Shown in pieces: positions 38,563 to 49,217 of a stretch of 64,000 nt of DNA (positions within the stretch are counted from its first letter, which is position 1; each line of letters begins with the position of its first letter). Made by a program: the position numbers and the translations under genes. Below the pieces are notes generated by a model, which saw only the letters and a list, made by a program, of their open reading frames with translations, was not told where the DNA came from and ran no database searches. This DNA is from Aureliella sp. (lineage in GTDB: Bacteria > Planctomycetota > Planctomycetia > Pirellulales > Pirellulaceae): the NCBI GenBank assembly GCA_044234105.1, contig JBIIJD010000003.1, positions 36,422 through 100,421 of the forward strand, in the 5' to 3' direction.

Positions 38563-40479
38563 ATGTGCGGTATCACGGGCGCTCTGTGGTTCGATCCCAA
38601 CCAACGAATAGCTCCAGAAATCATCGATCGGATGACCGATGTATTGATTCATCGCGGGCCCGATGATCGCGGGCAGTACTACAGCGAATATCAGTCGGAC
38701 GCAGCCGGCTGTATTCCAGGAGTTGGATTGGGATTTCGGCGACTATCGATCATCGATTTGGCAGGCGGGCATCAGCCGATGTCCAATGAGGACGGATCGA
38801 TCTGGATGGTGTTCAACGGCGAGATCTACAATTACAAACAGCTTCGTCATCGCCTAGATGGCACTGGTCATTATTATCGCACCGACTGTGACGCTGAATC
38901 CGTTATTCATTTGTACGAAGACTTGGGCACGGACTGCTTTCAGCATCTAAACGGCATGTTCGCAGTCGCAATATGGGATCGAAATCAGCGACAATTGGTA
39001 CTGGCACGCGATCGTCTTGGCAAAAAGCCGCTCTTCTATCAATTTACTCATCAACAGCTTCTTTTCGGCAGCGAGCTAAAAGCGCTGGCGCAGGCCCCTA
39101 CGTTCCAAAAAGAGTTTTCTGCTGGAGCCATCGACGCTTTCCTAACCTATCAATATGTCCCGCATCCGCAATCGATCTATCGACACACTCGCAAGGTAGC
39201 TCCTGGACATTACGTGGTATTCCGCTATCGCGATGTAGCTGAAAAACAGGTTCGCAAATATTGGAATTTTGACGCTTCGATTGAAAATAGCTTGACTGCC
39301 GCAGAAGCCGCTGGTCTAGTCACCGAATTATTCCATGACTCGATTCAATTGAGACTGCAAAGCGATGTGCCACTGGGTGCGTTCTTGTCAGGTGGTATCG
39401 ATTCGTCCCTTGTTGTCGCGCTGGCTCAGCAGCACAGCCTGCAACCGATCAAGACGTTTAGCATCGGATTTCGGGAATCGGACTTCGACGAACGACCTTT
39501 CGCACGACAAGTAGCGGCTTGGGTACAGACTCAGCATCACGAAGCCACCGTGGAAGCGTCGGCAGTAGATACCTTAGAACAACTGGTGACACACTACGAC
39601 GAACCCTTTGGCGACAGCAGCGCATTGCCCACATGGCACCTTTGTAAGTGGGCAAGAGAGCATGTGAAGGTAGCTTTGACCGGTGATGGTGGTGATGAAC
39701 TGTTCGCTGGATATGACCGCCACCGCGCTTTGTGGCTCAGCCGCTGGTTAAGTCGAGCGTGGCCGATGACCTCGATCCTGGGTAGTGGCTGGTTTCAACG
39801 TCTACCAAATTCTGACCGTCAACGAAGTTTGGTGCGTCAGCTTCAGCGTTTTGGTTCGGTACTGAAACAACCGCCAGCGCGACGCTACATGAATTGGGTT
39901 CAGATATTTCCAGAGCAGATTCGCGCAGAATTGTATCAGGACGACTTCCTGCAACAACTTCCTGACGAAGACCCGATCCAGTTCTTCGAGACTGCGTGGC
40001 GGCAAGCCGGAAATCGTGACTTGGTCAGCCGAGCCAGCCTGGCAGACCTAGTTACCTATCTTCCTTGCGACCTGATGAACAAAATAGACATTGCCAGTAT
40101 GGCACATTCGCTCGAATGCCGACAGCCATTTTTAGACTACCGACTGGTTGAGCTGGCGGCTCGCATTCCAAGTCGTTTAAAACTGGGTTGGTCGGGTGGG
40201 AAGCTACTATTGCGAACCGCCTTTAATCGGCATTTGCCGCGCCAAGTGTGGACTCGGCGAAAAATGGGTTTTGGCATACCTCTGGGACGTTGGCTGCGCG
40301 GCGAACTGGCCGGAGTGACTCGACAGAATCTGCTTTCCCCTGACTCGCGGTGTCATAGTCTATTCAGACCAACCGCCATCAAAAAGCTGATCGATCAACA
40401 TGCCGCTGGACAATTTAATCACGAGTATCGAATTTGGAATCTGTTGATCTTGGAAGCTTGGCTGAGACGATGGCAGTAG
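38563..40479 (+). CDS. asnB: Asparagine synthase (glutamine-hydrolysing)
   Basis: MCGITG N-terminal nucleophile Cys, the Ntn amidotransferase domain, and the SGGIDSS PP-loop. Confidence 0.95.
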   Translation: MCGITGALWFDPNQRIAPEIIDRMTDVLIHRGPDDRGQYYSEYQSDAAGCIPGVGLGFRRLSIIDLAGGHQPMSNEDGSIWMVFNGEIYNYKQLRHRLDGTGHYYRTDCDAESVIHLYEDLGTDCFQHLNGMFAVAIWDRNQRQLVLARDRLGKKPLFYQFTHQQLLFGSELKALAQAPTFQKEFSAGAIDAFLTYQYVPHPQSIYRHTRKVAPGHYVVFRYRDVAEKQVRKYWNFDASIENSLTAAEAAGLVTELFHDSIQLRLQSDVPLGAFLSGGIDSSLVVALAQQHSLQPIKTFSIGFRESDFDERPFARQVAAWVQTQHHEATVEASAVDTLEQLVTHYDEPFGDSSALPTWHLCKWAREHVKVALTGDGGDELFAGYDRHRALWLSRWLSRAWPMTSILGSGWFQRLPNSDRQRSLVRQLQRFGSVLKQPPARRYMNWVQIFPEQIRAELYQDDFLQQLPDEDPIQFFETAWRQAGNRDLVSRASLADLVTYLPCDLMNKIDIASMAHSLECRQPFLDYRLVELAARIPSRLKLGWSGGKLLLRTAFNRHLPRQVWTRRKMGFGIPLGRWLRGELAGVTRQNLLSPDSRCHSLFRPTAIKKLIDQHAAGQFNHEYRIWNLLILEAWLRRWQ

Positions 40480-40710
40480 ATTTCCGGTGCTAAGATATCG
40501 ACATTCAAACAGGGATATCGCATTGTTTAGGTTTTCGATCACCGTTTACGCCCTGTGCTGGGCCTGCGCGGGGCCAAGGGTATTTTATGGAAATTTGCTT
40601 GCCACCAATCGACAAACTTTAGAGCTGATTATAACTTTTTGGCCCCGCTTGTCCCACCCTACCAATTGCATGAACATTAGCGGTTTTCGGGATCGCGCCA
40701 TGATTTCAGC

Positions 40711-42903
40711 CTATTCATCTATAGGCCATGCTTGACGCGCAGCATACTGATCGGTCCGACTCGATAGTTCGGCAGCTAACGCTGCGTTGCCAGCAGACTG
40801 AGCCAATTGCTGCGCACGTTGTACCAAACCAATCGCTTCATCGAACATGCCACATTGCGCGTAAGCGGCTGCTGCGGTGTCCAGCAGATTGGGATCTTCT
40901 ATTTTTTCTAACTGCTTGGCCCAGTGCAAGGCTTCCTGCCCATTACGCAACTTGCCAACAGGTGCTGTGGCCAATAGCCATGTCAAATTGTTGGCAGCGC
41001 TTACCAAAGTTGGATCGATGCGAAGAGCGAGTCGAAATTGTTCGATCGCGCCGGGCAGGTCTTTAAGATTCAGCCGATTTTGGCCTAAATCGCTTCTCAC
41101 ATGGGCGTTGTCGGGCAGCAGTTGTGAGGCTCGCGCCAGAAGCTGGTCGGCTTCACTCAAGTTCTGATCTGCAATGGCCAGTCGGCCGAGCATCCAAAGT
41201 GACATGCCATGGTTGGGGTCGATGGCTAGTACCGACTGATACTGCTTGCGGGCAGCTTGAGACTGCCCTTGCAAATCGTAGACTCGGGCTAGGTTATACG
41301 CAGGCCCTGGTGCGTTTGGTCCCAGCGATATAGCCATTCGCAACGATTTCTCAGCCATCGGATAGTTGCCTTCATCCAGCAATTCACGACCATAATTGGC
41401 GTATGCAATGCAGTCATCGCGGTACTCAGGCATCGGCCAATTCAGCGGGATGACGAGTAGTAGTGCTATCAGAAGTCCCAAAGACCACTGCGTGAGAAAC
41501 CGCCCTGCCTTCCAATCTTGGGCCATTGGTCCAAGCTGGCTGAGCGCCGCACCTGAAAACAGCACAAGGAAGGGCACCAACGGGTAACGGTATCGGGCGA
41601 AGACAAAAAAGAGGGCCACCGAAACGATTAGAACCGCGACCGAAGCCAGTAAAACGGCAACTCGTCGCCACTGGTCGCGGCTTGCCCAGACGCCTACGGT
41701 CGCCAGCGGAACCAAGACGCCAAAATTGAGCCATAAAAGCGACCTCAGTACAAGACTGTGTCTCGCATACACCTCGATTCCTTCGGAGTCCACCAATTCC
41801 AGTCCATGTAGTGTCAGGTACGTTTTCCAAACCAATAGTCTCAGCCACTGACCAGGATGTTGCCGCATAAATTGCAATGCTTGATCTGTCCAATACTGGG
41901 AAACTTCACCAGCGCTCATTGAACGTCCAGTCGCTTGTTCCGCTAGGCGCACAGCATCCGCTCGTTCATGTTCCGTGTGACCTCGGCCTGGCACCAGCGG
42001 TTCGTAAAGTCCAGTTGCACCGAGATGATTTCCGATGTACAGATTAGGTCCCAACTGAGATGTGCTGATCAGGAACTCGCCGCCCACCCAGTAGTTCCGA
42101 ATTCCTACCGGCAGCATGACGCATGTGCACCCCATGACAAGAATTGCCAGCCACTGCAGGCGGCGCACAAGGGGTTCACCATGAAAGTAAAGAATCAGCC
42201 AAGCCACAAGCACAGGTAAAAGCAAGCGAGCGTTCTCACGATTGAGCATCAACAATCCCAGCGAAATCCCTAGTCCAAAGAGTGTAACCATGCTCTGTCG
42301 CTCCAAGAACATCCCAGCAGAAACCAGGACCGCCGACAACAGAAACAGGTCTAACGATGACTTCTGGATCAAGCCGTCAAAGAACAATGCGGGTGAATAG
42401 AACGCCAACAGCAAGCCAGCTACAAGACCCGCTCGTTCATTGAAGAACGCTCGACCAGCCCGCGCCACCATCACGCAGGCACAGCTACCCAGTAGCACCT
42501 GAACCCAACGAATCGCCATCGGATCGACGCCTGCGACCTTGTAAATGCAAGCCATCAAGTAGGGGTATAGCGGGGATTGATAGAAGACTTGATCGCCTAT
42601 CCAATCGCCGCCTACGATTTGAACGGCCCAAGCGTGATAGATCTTACTGTCAGTGATCAACGCCGCGAAGGGAAGATCGTCGGATAACTCCCAGAGGTAA
42701 ACAGCTCGCAACAAGAAGGCCAGCATCCATATCAGCAAGAGTGCAAATGCCTCGGAGTACCACCACTTGCGATCCGAAGTACTGGAACCAGGAAGTACAG
42801 CTGTGACTTTCTTTGTGGGCGTCGAACCCTTTGACTTTTGGTGACGGTTCACAGTTTTTACAGAAGAACGCGCGGCTTTTAGAAATGGATCAGTATCAAA
42901 CAT
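40711..42903 (-). CDS. GT39/ArnT-like membrane protein with C-terminal TPR repeats (paralog of 16957..19266)
   Basis: Long stretches align by eye with the other copy, for example YSPALFFDGLIQKSSLDL vs YPPAIFFDGILQKASLDL, and VGIRNYWVGGEFLISTSQLGPNLYIGN vs VGLRNYYVGGEFLLTTSQMGPNFYIGN. Start chosen at MFDTDPFL (42903), just after the stop of the upstream SDR. Confidence 0.8.
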   Translation of the reverse strand: MFDTDPFLKAARSSVKTVNRHQKSKGSTPTKKVTAVLPGSSTSDRKWWYSEAFALLLIWMLAFLLRAVYLWELSDDLPFAALITDSKIYHAWAVQIVGGDWIGDQVFYQSPLYPYLMACIYKVAGVDPMAIRWVQVLLGSCACVMVARAGRAFFNERAGLVAGLLLAFYSPALFFDGLIQKSSLDLFLLSAVLVSAGMFLERQSMVTLFGLGISLGLLMLNRENARLLLPVLVAWLILYFHGEPLVRRLQWLAILVMGCTCVMLPVGIRNYWVGGEFLISTSQLGPNLYIGNHLGATGLYEPLVPGRGHTEHERADAVRLAEQATGRSMSAGEVSQYWTDQALQFMRQHPGQWLRLLVWKTYLTLHGLELVDSEGIEVYARHSLVLRSLLWLNFGVLVPLATVGVWASRDQWRRVAVLLASVAVLIVSVALFFVFARYRYPLVPFLVLFSGAALSQLGPMAQDWKAGRFLTQWSLGLLIALLLVIPLNWPMPEYRDDCIAYANYGRELLDEGNYPMAEKSLRMAISLGPNAPGPAYNLARVYDLQGQSQAARKQYQSVLAIDPNHGMSLWMLGRLAIADQNLSEADQLLARASQLLPDNAHVRSDLGQNRLNLKDLPGAIEQFRLALRIDPTLVSAANNLTWLLATAPVGKLRNGQEALHWAKQLEKIEDPNLLDTAAAAYAQCGMFDEAIGLVQRAQQLAQSAGNAALAAELSSRTDQYAARQAWPIDE

Positions 42904-43696
42904 AGTCAACCAAGCTGGCCGGCAAGTCAGGCTGCTGCCAAGCACTCATCCCGCCGTCGACCAGCAGTGTTTGCCCATGAATATGCTCCGCCTCGTCGCT
43001 GATCAGGAACAACGCGGCTGCAGCGCAGGACTCTGGGCCGGGCACTTGGCCGTTGGGCGTGTGCAACTGCATCCAGCGCATAGATTGTTGGCTATCAAGC
43101 AGAGCGGATGTCAGAGGCGTGACCACCAACCCGGGAGCCATAGCATTGACACGAATGCCGTGCGGAGCCAAAGCAACACACAGCGTTCGCACCATCATGC
43201 GAACAGCTCCTTTGCTTGTGTCATAAGCGGTGTGATGAGGTTCGGCCAGTTGTCCGTTGATCGAGCCCGTCATGAGGACTCGGCCATGCACCGACCGTTT
43301 AACCCATTGTTGAGCTAGAGCCTGAGTCAAAAAATAGACCGAGTCAACATTCAGTCGCATCGTCTTTTGATAGGTGTCCCAGTCGATTTCCAGAAAGGGC
43401 TTGTCGATGCAAGTACCAGCGTTGTTGATCAGAATTGATACATCGGGTTCCAGTTGAAATAGCCGCTCGATAAGCAGTGGAACAACTTGAGGGACAGGCA
43501 AAGAGAGATCTGCGGTCAGTAGATTCACTCGAACATCTAACTGCTGACACTGAGCGATCGTCTGCTTTGCCGTCTGATCATCTTGCAAACCATGCAGCAC
43601 TAGATTGCAACCCGCCTGAGCCAATCGCAAAGCGATCGCCGCTCCAATTCCCTGCGTTCCTCCAGTGATCAATGCCGTCTTGCCGTCTAACCGCAT
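42896..43696 (-). CDS. SDR-family oxidoreductase
   Basis: TGGTQGIG, NNAG and YDTSK motifs. 266 aa. Confidence 0.9.
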   Translation of the reverse strand: MRLDGKTALITGGTQGIGAAIALRLAQAGCNLVLHGLQDDQTAKQTIAQCQQLDVRVNLLTADLSLPVPQVVPLLIERLFQLEPDVSILINNAGTCIDKPFLEIDWDTYQKTMRLNVDSVYFLTQALAQQWVKRSVHGRVLMTGSINGQLAEPHHTAYDTSKGAVRMMVRTLCVALAPHGIRVNAMAPGLVVTPLTSALLDSQQSMRWMQLHTPNGQVPGPESCAAAALFLISDEAEHIHGQTLLVDGGMSAWQQPDLPASLVDYV

Positions 43697-43996
43697 TTTT
43701 GTGGTACTCCCATCTCAAATTCTAAGCACACCGCCTTTGGCTGAGTACGGATTCAATGTAAATGGTTTCAGCCTCTCAATTTCTGGACAACCTACAATAT
43801 TAACTAATCAGTGATACCTCGTGTAGTTGCCTGGATAACAACCCGAAACGAAACAGACCGCACACACTGCCATGATCGATGAAACCAACTAGGCAAATCC
43901 ACCGATTCATGTTTTAATGCTCCGGCTTCGCTAAAATGTTGAATTGTGGGTGTTACGGCTTGACGCAACCCGAGTGAACCTTTTTCAGGGCAAAAC

Positions 43997-44839
43997 ATGC
44001 TGGAATTATTTGATCAGATTCAGGACGCAGTAGCATTGATTCGTCAGCGTTGGAGTCAAACGCCTCATGCAGGTATCATCCTGGGAACAGGACTTGGGCC
44101 GTTGGCCAGTCAAATCGAGAACCAGATCACCATAGATTATCAAGACATACCCCACTTTCCGCGTTCCACTGCTACTAGCCATCGTGGGCGATTGGTGTGT
44201 GGGCAGTTGAGCGGCCTGCCAGTGATGGCGATGGAAGGTCGGATTCATGCTTACGAAGGATATCCGCTGAAGCAGATCACCCTGCCGGTCCGAGTCATGA
44301 AAGCGCTGGGTGCGCAGTTGCTAGTAGTGACCAATGCAGCAGGTGGGATGAATCCGTTTCATCGGGCCGGCGACATTGTGGTAATTGACGACCAGATCAA
44401 TCTGATGGGTGATAACCCGCTGATCGGCATCAACGACGATCGATTGGGGCCACGTTTTCCCGATATGTCACAGCCCTACGATCAGTCATTGATTGCCAAG
44501 GCTTTGGAGATCGCGCGCCAGCAGAACATTGTGGCCCATCGCGGTGTCTTTGTGGCAGTGTCGGGGCCAAACCTGGAGACTCGCGCCGAATACCGATTCT
44601 TGCGCGCTGTGGGAGCGGACGTGGTTGGCATGTCGACTGTCCCCGAAGTGATTGTAGCGGTGCACAGTGGCTTGCGTTCGATCGGTTTTTCGGTGATTAC
44701 CGATCTGTGCTTGCCCGATGCTTTAGAACCCGCGAATGTGGCTGAGATCATTGCGGTCGCCAATGCCGCGCAGCCTCGATTATCCTCCCTTGTGTGTGGC
44801 ATTTTGGACTATGAACACACTCAATTACAGAGTGCCTAG
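43997..44839 (+). CDS. Purine nucleoside phosphorylase family protein (trimeric PNP/MTAP-type), Asp variant at the base-specificity position
   Basis: [40 protein letters not shown] and [11 protein letters not shown] (GAT at 44702..44704) stands where PNPs have VITN. Confidence 0.9.
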   Translation: MLELFDQIQDAVALIRQRWSQTPHAGIILGTGLGPLASQIENQITIDYQDIPHFPRSTATSHRGRLVCGQLSGLPVMAMEGRIHAYEGYPLKQITLPVRVMKALGAQLLVVTNAAGGMNPFHRAGDIVVIDDQINLMGDNPLIGINDDRLGPRFPDMSQPYDQSLIAKALEIARQQNIVAHRGVFVAVSGPNLETRAEYRFLRAVGADVVGMSTVPEVIVAVHSGLRSIGFSVITDLCLPDALEPANVAEIIAVANAAQPRLSSLVCGILDYEHTQLQSA

Positions 44840-44889
44840 GAACCGTTCGCAAATAAACTTCCGAACTGGCCATCAGGCAGACAAGAGCA

Positions 44890-45750
44890 ATGTCAACAGT
44901 AACCAACTTACAAAGCTGTTTTGAAGCCGAATTCCGCACTGCCGCTCACCAGGCTGCTCAGTTTGTCCTTGAGCGACGATTGTTGCGGCCCTGGGTGGCC
45001 TGCGTCTTGGGCAGCGGACTGGGGGGGCTTGCCGAACGAGTCGTGCATGCACAGGAGATTGCCTACAGCGAAATTCCTAATTTTCCGCTGACGCATGCGA
45101 CCGGTCATCGCGGGCGTTTGATCACAGGCTACTTAGGTGGCGTTCCAGTAGTTCTAATGCAAGGACGCAGTCATCGTTATGAAGGCCGAAGCCAGCGCGA
45201 AGTGCAATTTCCGGTGCACGTGATGCAAGCGATGGGGGCCGGTCTGTTGATTACCACCAATGCGGCCGGAGGTCTCAACTCAAGGTTTCGAGCTGGCGAT
45301 CTGATGGTGATCGACAGCCATATCGATCTGTTGTGGCCTAGGCGCCAGTGGCCGGTACACGAAAGTCGCGACACGTTTCGCGGGCAGAATCCGTACAGTG
45401 CTGATTTGGTCCGGAAAGTTCGGAGTATCGCGAGCGCCAAAGACATCGTTTTGCATCAAGGCTGCTACCTAGGCACCCTGGGTCCGACCTATGAGACACG
45501 CAGTGAGTACCGCCTATTTCGTTGGGCGGGTGCTGATGCCGTTGGTATGAGTACCATCCCTGAGGTTCTTGCAGCCCGCGATCTAGGTATGAAGTTGCTG
45601 GCTTTTTCAGTCATCACCAATGTCGCTTCGACTGAAGCGGCTATGGCCACTAGCCATGCCGAGGTTGTGGAATCAGGCAATCAGGCAGCTCCGGCACTTT
45701 TAGCTATCATTCAGCAGTTGCTTGAAGAGATTTCTGGGCAACCCGATTGA
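44890..45750 (+). CDS. Purine nucleoside phosphorylase (trimeric PNP-type), canonical Asn/His variant
   Basis: ATGHRGRLITG, MQGRSHRYEG, TNAAGGLN, ETRSEYRLFR, GMSTIPE, VITN (AAT at 45619..45621) and SHAEVV. Confidence 0.9.
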   Translation: MSTVTNLQSCFEAEFRTAAHQAAQFVLERRLLRPWVACVLGSGLGGLAERVVHAQEIAYSEIPNFPLTHATGHRGRLITGYLGGVPVVLMQGRSHRYEGRSQREVQFPVHVMQAMGAGLLITTNAAGGLNSRFRAGDLMVIDSHIDLLWPRRQWPVHESRDTFRGQNPYSADLVRKVRSIASAKDIVLHQGCYLGTLGPTYETRSEYRLFRWAGADAVGMSTIPEVLAARDLGMKLLAFSVITNVASTEAAMATSHAEVVESGNQAAPALLAIIQQLLEEISGQPD

Positions 45751-45961
45751 AGCGACAGGCTTTGCACTTTGCCGATTGAAGCCTATTGCCAGGAATACGA
45801 TATTCTTAAAAATGAAACGGATTGATCCTGTGCCATCATGTGAAAGGGAAAGGAAATGCCCGTGCGTCGCAGCAGTTGACTCATATCACCATTTCGCCAA
45901 CTGGCAGCGGACGACGGTAAGTTTTGAATTTAGAACTTGTTATTGGCAAACGGTCATTTGC

Positions 45962-46393
45962 TCAGACATCAATTCGGGCTTCGGCGTAGGACTCGTCGGT
46001 CTCCCAAATTCGCACTGCGGTCGCACGAGCACCGGTGTCAGCGAGAATGGTAGGGCACACCTCCTCCAAGAGAAACTTTGCCATATTTTCGGCTGTCGGA
46101 TTGTACGGCATCTTGAATAGCCGCATGGGCCTGACCGCTTCTAGAGCCAGAATCGCATTCTGATCTTGCTCGTAGACTAAGAAACTATGGTCCCAATTTT
46201 CGTCGATCCAGCCTTTGGTTCGCGCCTTGAGATCCGCGAAATCCAATACACGCCCAACCGAGTCCACTTCATCGCCTGTGACAAAGAAATCAGCCAAGTA
46301 GTTATGTCCGTGGAAGTGCTCGCACTTCCCACCGTGCTGGAACAGGCGATGGCCTGCGCAGAACTTGATGCGTCGCATGATGATCAGGCTCAT
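45962..46393 (-). CDS. queD: 6-carboxy-5,6,7,8-tetrahydropterin synthase / 6-pyruvoyl-tetrahydropterin synthase family
   Basis: MSLIIMRRIKFCAGHRLFQHGGKCEHFHGHNY has the Cys and His-x-His zinc/catalytic motifs. Start chosen at 46393, forming an ATGA overlap with the upstream mazG-like stop. Confidence 0.85.
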   Translation of the reverse strand: MSLIIMRRIKFCAGHRLFQHGGKCEHFHGHNYLADFFVTGDEVDSVGRVLDFADLKARTKGWIDENWDHSFLVYEQDQNAILALEAVRPMRLFKMPYNPTAENMAKFLLEEVCPTILADTGARATAVRIWETDESYAEARIDV

Positions 46394-46800
46394 TGGTCTG
46401 ATTCTCCAGTGAGGTCCGGGGTTTGGTACTTCAGCTTCGGATTGGCTTGGTGTCGCAGTCGGTCGCGTCGAGTCTTCTTGGCCAGATTTTGCACAAAGGC
46501 TTTTGTCAAATCGACGCCGGTTTGATTGGCTAAACATATCAACACAAAAAGTACATCCGCCATTTCGTCTGACAAGTCACAGCGATCAGCTTCATCACCT
46601 TTAAAGCTTTGATCGCCGTAGGTTCTAGACAAAGTCCTCGCCAGTTCCCCAACTTCTTCAACCAGTTGAGCCAAATTGGTTAGTTCGGAGAAGTAACGTA
46701 CACCAATCGACCCAATCCATTGATCAACTTGATGCTGAGCTTCAGCTAATGATAGTGACTGTATGTTGAACCCTGTGCCCAGGTTTGCATGTTGCGTCAT
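46390..46800 (-). CDS. MazG-like nucleotide pyrophosphohydrolase
   Basis: LVEEVGELARTL...DEMADVLFVLICLAN contains the EExxE...ExxD-type MazG helices. 136 aa. Confidence 0.8.
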   Translation of the reverse strand: MTQHANLGTGFNIQSLSLAEAQHQVDQWIGSIGVRYFSELTNLAQLVEEVGELARTLSRTYGDQSFKGDEADRCDLSDEMADVLFVLICLANQTGVDLTKAFVQNLAKKTRRDRLRHQANPKLKYQTPDLTGESDQ

Positions 46801-46874
46801 GATGCTATTATTGTAGCGTCAATGACAATAGCCTGATAGCGCCGCTACAAGAATTGTCGACCAGTCAATCGATT

Positions 46875-47737
46875 CTACTGGCACCCATATCCACCGATGA
46901 TACCGTCACCAACTTCCATGTGGCAGGAACAGTTGGGCTGCCCAGTTACTGAACACTTCTTCCGCTTCCACTGGTTGTTGATAGCTCGATTTCTAGCTTC
47001 TTGTTCGGCACGCAACTGGTGCTTGCCAAAGGGGACTGGGAATGTAGGAGTCTGTTCCAGTTCCTGGGACAGGGTTTCGCCCATGCATTGTTCCCGTGGA
47101 GTTCCCGAGTAGTCATAGCACACTAACTCAGGCGTAATGAATACCAGGAGTTCACTTTCACGAGCAGTCAGACGTTCCCAGCGAAACAGCTTGCCCACGT
47201 AGGGAATGTTCTTAAGTCCGGGAATCCCGTTCTGCTCGGCAGTGCGAGTGCGTTGTCGCAGGCCGCCCAAGACCAGCGTTTGCAGATTGGCGACTCGAAC
47301 GGTTGTTTTTGCCTCACGACGGTCGATGATGGGAGCCGCCTGGTCTCCTTCGGTGAATCCGGTCAGCACGCTAAAAGTTGGATTGACAACCAGTGAAATG
47401 GTCTCATCCTCGGCAATATGCGGAGTGACCAACATTTTCACACCCGCTTCACGAAAATTGGTCGTCCCAAAGGAGCCGACGATACCGCCTTCCGTAAGCT
47501 GTTGGAAAGGCACTTCAGTCACAATTTCAATTTTGGCTTCCTCGTGGTTCATCACGATGATATTTGGGTCGGCTATCCACCCTGCTTCAGGGTTACTGAA
47601 AGTGTTCTAGTGAAATTGCCCGAGGTGCCAGTAGCCTGGACGATCACATGACCGTCGGTACCATCCTGTACGCTGGTAACGACAGCCAAAAGTTCCAAGA
47701 GTGAGAAAGCACTACGTCGATTCTGTTTCTTGCTCAT
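46875..47737 (-). pseudogene. Truncated, frameshifted secretin (GspD/PilQ-type C-domain) fused to a prepilin-type leader
   Basis: MSKKQNRRSAFSLLELLAVV... (start 47737) stops at 47573. In the +1 frame, open from 47591, ...IADPNIIVMNHEEAKIEIVTEVPFQ...GIPGLKNIPYVGKLFRWERLTARESELLVFITPELV is a secretin C-terminal domain. The N-domains and signal peptide are absent. Confidence 0.6.
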
Positions 47738-48091
47738 TGTGGGCAACCCTTTCTGAAAATTTGCGTTGGAGCAGTGAAAACTGACTCTGAAACCTAGGTT
47801 GTGAAACCGGTTGTCATCAATGATTGACAGTTTACGTCGCAAGAATTTTTCCAATGAACCGTGAAAGTATCGGTTGTATTGGTTGTAACTGTAGGTGGCC
47901 GACTATTGCGCTGGATCTGAAACAAGTCGCTGCAAGCCACAGCCACACAGCGTACTGTATATTGATCCGATTAGTCTGAATGACTAAGTCATTGATTGTT
48001 GAGAATGAATTTAAGAAATTGGGCTTGGCTGCACCTCCCAGCGACTCCCTTTACCACCGAAAACATCCTACGATCCATGCTTAGACTGAAA

Positions 48092-49213
48092 TCATTTAGA
48101 AGGCGAGTAGCCTTGCCACATCCAAACCAGCGTATCGGCAAGCGTCGATTCAAAGACCTTGCGATCGCAGTGCCTGGTTCCCAGGCTGTAGACAAAACGA
48201 TATTCGTAACCTTTAGCATTCAGCTCGGCTGCCATGCGATGATTGGCCATCACCCAATTGTGATAGGTCTCCTCAGCATCCTGTGCTCGTAAATCGTGTT
48301 CGGAGACATGTGTGAAGATTCGTAGCGGCTTTTTGGGTGAATTGGCAAGCAGTTTCATGCTGGAGTGATATTCCCAAGCGCCCAGCGGAAAATCGGCCTC
48401 TTCCGCTGCATCGTCATCCTGTTGATCGACAAATGTCCCCGAGTAGGTGATGATGCGCCGAAACAGGTCCGGACGGAACCACCCCATGGCCATGGCCGCA
48501 GCGCCTCCCGAACTACACCCCAATACGGCTCGGCCCCATGGGTCCTTAGTCAACCTGAAGTCCGGAAAGGCCTTGCGGATCTCTGGATGGTTTTCCACCA
48601 CAGGCAGAACCTCTTCGTCGATAAACCTAGCCAGTCGGTCGGACATCGTGTCGTATTCAAGCCCCCGCTGGCTGCCTTTGCTGTCGTTGCCCCCGTTCTG
48701 CACAGCGATAACAACAAAAGCTGGCAGACGCCGCTGAGAAACCCCTGGGGCGCTCGATCGGTCCTGATTGCCGCTTAGATTATCTAGTGCGTTACGAACC
48801 AGCTTCATCTGCCCAGGACCATCATGGATAATCAACAGTGGCGCCGGCGCAGTGGCGCTGTAACCGGCAGGAATATAGACGTCGATTCGGCGCTTTTCTC
48901 GAACTGGCTTGGCAGGGTCAAGCGTCTTGTCGTCGCCACGGAAGAATTTACTGTCAGCCAAAGCCATATAGAGCTTAAAGCTTTGTCCCTGCGGATTGCC
49001 TCGATCGGTTAGATCTGGATCGACTGTATAGTCCGGACCGATCTGAATGTTTTCATCAGCTAAAATGCTGGCGACCGGTTGTTCGCTTAGCGCTATTCGC
49101 GGGATAAGGCCAGTAAACGTGAACATGCCGACAACAACCCAATCAAGGCAGAACCTATCAGGCATCAATTTTTGCAAAGTCATCAAGGCTTTTCTAACAA
49201 CAGCGCGCATCAT
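48092..49213 (-). CDS. Esterase (alpha/beta hydrolase, enterochelin-esterase-like 'putative esterase' family)
   Basis: GCSSGG nucleophile elbow in VLGCSSGGAAAMAMGWFRPDLFRRIITYSGTF. Start chosen at MMRAVV (49213), just after the stop of the upstream gene. Confidence 0.75.
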   Translation of the reverse strand: MMRAVVRKALMTLQKLMPDRFCLDWVVVGMFTFTGLIPRIALSEQPVASILADENIQIGPDYTVDPDLTDRGNPQGQSFKLYMALADSKFFRGDDKTLDPAKPVREKRRIDVYIPAGYSATAPAPLLIIHDGPGQMKLVRNALDNLSGNQDRSSAPGVSQRRLPAFVVIAVQNGGNDSKGSQRGLEYDTMSDRLARFIDEEVLPVVENHPEIRKAFPDFRLTKDPWGRAVLGCSSGGAAAMAMGWFRPDLFRRIITYSGTFVDQQDDDAAEEADFPLGAWEYHSSMKLLANSPKKPLRIFTHVSEHDLRAQDAEETYHNWVMANHRMAAELNAKGYEYRFVYSLGTRHCDRKVFESTLADTLVWMWQGYSPSK

Positions 49214-49217
49214 ATCG

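Noticed and set aside
40568-40648. 10-bp inverted repeat GCGGGGCCAA / TTGGCCCCGC between convergent asnB and the GT39-TPR paralog.
   Set aside because: The arms are 61 nt apart with no adjacent U-tract. It is not a convincing terminator and does not resemble the GTAG-headed repeats.
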